64,000 bases of DNA from Eledone cirrhosa (taxonomy: Eukaryota). The notes beneath the pieces are model-generated. The model did not search any database. It worked only from the letters and a program-made list of their open reading frames with translations, and was not told the DNA's origin. This document shows, in pieces, positions 62,038 to 64,000 of this stretch; position 1 is the stretch's first letter; every line of letters begins with the position of its first letter. Both the position numbers and the translations under genes were made by a program. Location: positions 56,854,001-56,918,000 of the forward strand of contig OZ024741.1 in the NCBI GenBank assembly GCA_964016885.1, read 5' to 3'.

Positions 62038-64000
62038 CCCCACCACTACAATCAACATCACCACCACCACCACCACTATCACCATCAACACCACCACCAC
62101 TAACACTATCACCATCACCACTATCACCACAATCACTATCACCATCATCACCACCACCACTACCACTATCACCACCACCACCATTACCACTATCACCATC
62201 ATCAACACCACCACTATCACTATCACTATCATAACCAGCACCACCACAACTATCACCATCACCACCATCACCATCACCACTGTCACCATCACCACCACCA
62301 CTATCACCATCACCACCACCACTATCACCACCACCATCACCACCACTGTCACCATCACCACCACCACCACCACCACTATCACCACCACCACTATCACCAC
62401 CACCACCACTATCACCATCACCACCACCACCACCACCACTATCACTACCACCACCACCACTATCACCATCACCACCACCACCACTATCATTATCACCACC
62501 ACCACCACCACCACTATCACTACCACCACCACCACTATCACTACCACCACCACCACTATCACCATCACCACCACCACCACTATCATTATCACCACCACCA
62601 CCACCACCACCACCACTATCATTATCACCATCACCACCACCACCACTATCATTATCACCACCACCACCAACACCACTATCACCACCACCACCACTACCAC
62701 TATCACCACCACCACCACCATCACCATCACCACCACTGTCACCATCACCACCACCACCACTATCATTATCACCACCACCACCAACACCACTATCACCACC
62801 ACCACCACCACCACTGTCACCATCACCACCACCACCACTATCACCATCACCACCACCACCACTATCACTATCACCACCACCACCACTATCACCATCACCA
62901 CCACCACCACTATCACTATCACCACCACCACCACTATCACCATCACCACCAACACCACTATCACCACCACCACCACTACCACTATCACCACCACCACCAC
63001 CATCACCATCACCACCACCACCACTGTCACCATCACCACCACCACCACCACTATCATTATCACCACCACCACCAACACCACTATCACCACCACCACCACT
63101 ACCACTATCACCACCACCACCACCATCACCATCACCACCACCACCACTGTCACCATCACCACCACCACCACCACTATCATTATCACCACCACCACCAACA
63201 CCACTATCACCACCACCACCACCACCACTGTCACCATCACCACCACCACCACTATCACCACCACCACCAACACCACTATCACCACCACCACCACCACCAC
63301 TGTCACCATCACCACCACCACCACTATCACCATCACCACCACCACCACTATCACTATCACCACCACCACCACTATCACCATCACCACCACCACCACTATC
63401 ACTACCACCACCACCACTATCACTACCACCACCACCACTATCACTATCACCACCACCACCACTATCACCATCACCACCACCACCACCACCACTATCACTA
63501 CCACCACCACCACTATCACTATCACCACTATCACCATCACTATCACCACCACCACCACCACCACTATCACCAGCACCAACACCACTATCACCACTATCAC
63601 CATCACTACCACCACCACCACTATCACTATCACCACCACTACCACTATCACCACCACCACCACCACCACTATCACCACCACCACCACTACCACCACCACC
63701 ACCACTATCACCACCACCACCACTACCACTATCACCACCAACACCACTATCATAAGTAGCACCAACACCACCACCACCACTATCACCACCACCACCACCA
63801 CCACCACTATCACCACCACCACTATCATAACCACCACCACCACCACTACCACTATCACCACCACCACCACCACCACTATCACCACCACCACCACTACCGC
63901 TATCACCACCACCAACACCACCACCACCACTATCACCACCACCACCACTATCACCACCACCACCACCACCACCACTATCACCACCACCACCACCACCACC
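62038..64000. repeat. Compound (CAC/TAT/CAT)n triplet array, >1.9 kb, continuing beyond the window
   Basis: Uninterrupted triplet phase with variant triplets. Confidence 0.97.

Noticed and set aside
62035-63999. 654-aa Val-rich ORF
   Set aside because: It is the antisense reading of a triplet repeat with no domain content.

Overview
Extremely repeat-rich animal genomic DNA. The SINE types, RTE tails and microsatellite density suggest a cephalopod such as octopus; this is inferred, not verified. I recognise no host gene, and most ORFs in the track are microsatellite artefacts. The window is dominated by many distinct Penelope-like retroelements (PLEs; RT + GIY-YIG) and their pseudo-LTR (pLTR) remnants, most of them sitting in (TA)n tracts and many arranged as inverted palindromes. 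Reading both strands by hand, I found about two dozen type I hammerhead ribozyme (HHR) motif copies at 18 loci. They include minimal dimer-type forms, forms with large stem II insertions, sense/antisense pairs inside palindromes, and at least two unrelated families with a compensatory U3-A8 core instead of C3-G8. Other elements: a near full-length Tx1/L1-clade LINE with an intact 1145-aa ORF2, whose ORF1 stop codon lies inside a 39-nt GT-AG intron-like segment that would fuse ORF1 to ORF2 in frame if spliced; RTE LINE fragments (two with 5' inversions); an R4/Dong-like fragment between (TTA)n runs; non-autonomous Helitrons; three tRNA-derived SINE families; and a >2 kb CAC-based triplet array. 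All structures were folded by eye and boundaries are approximate.
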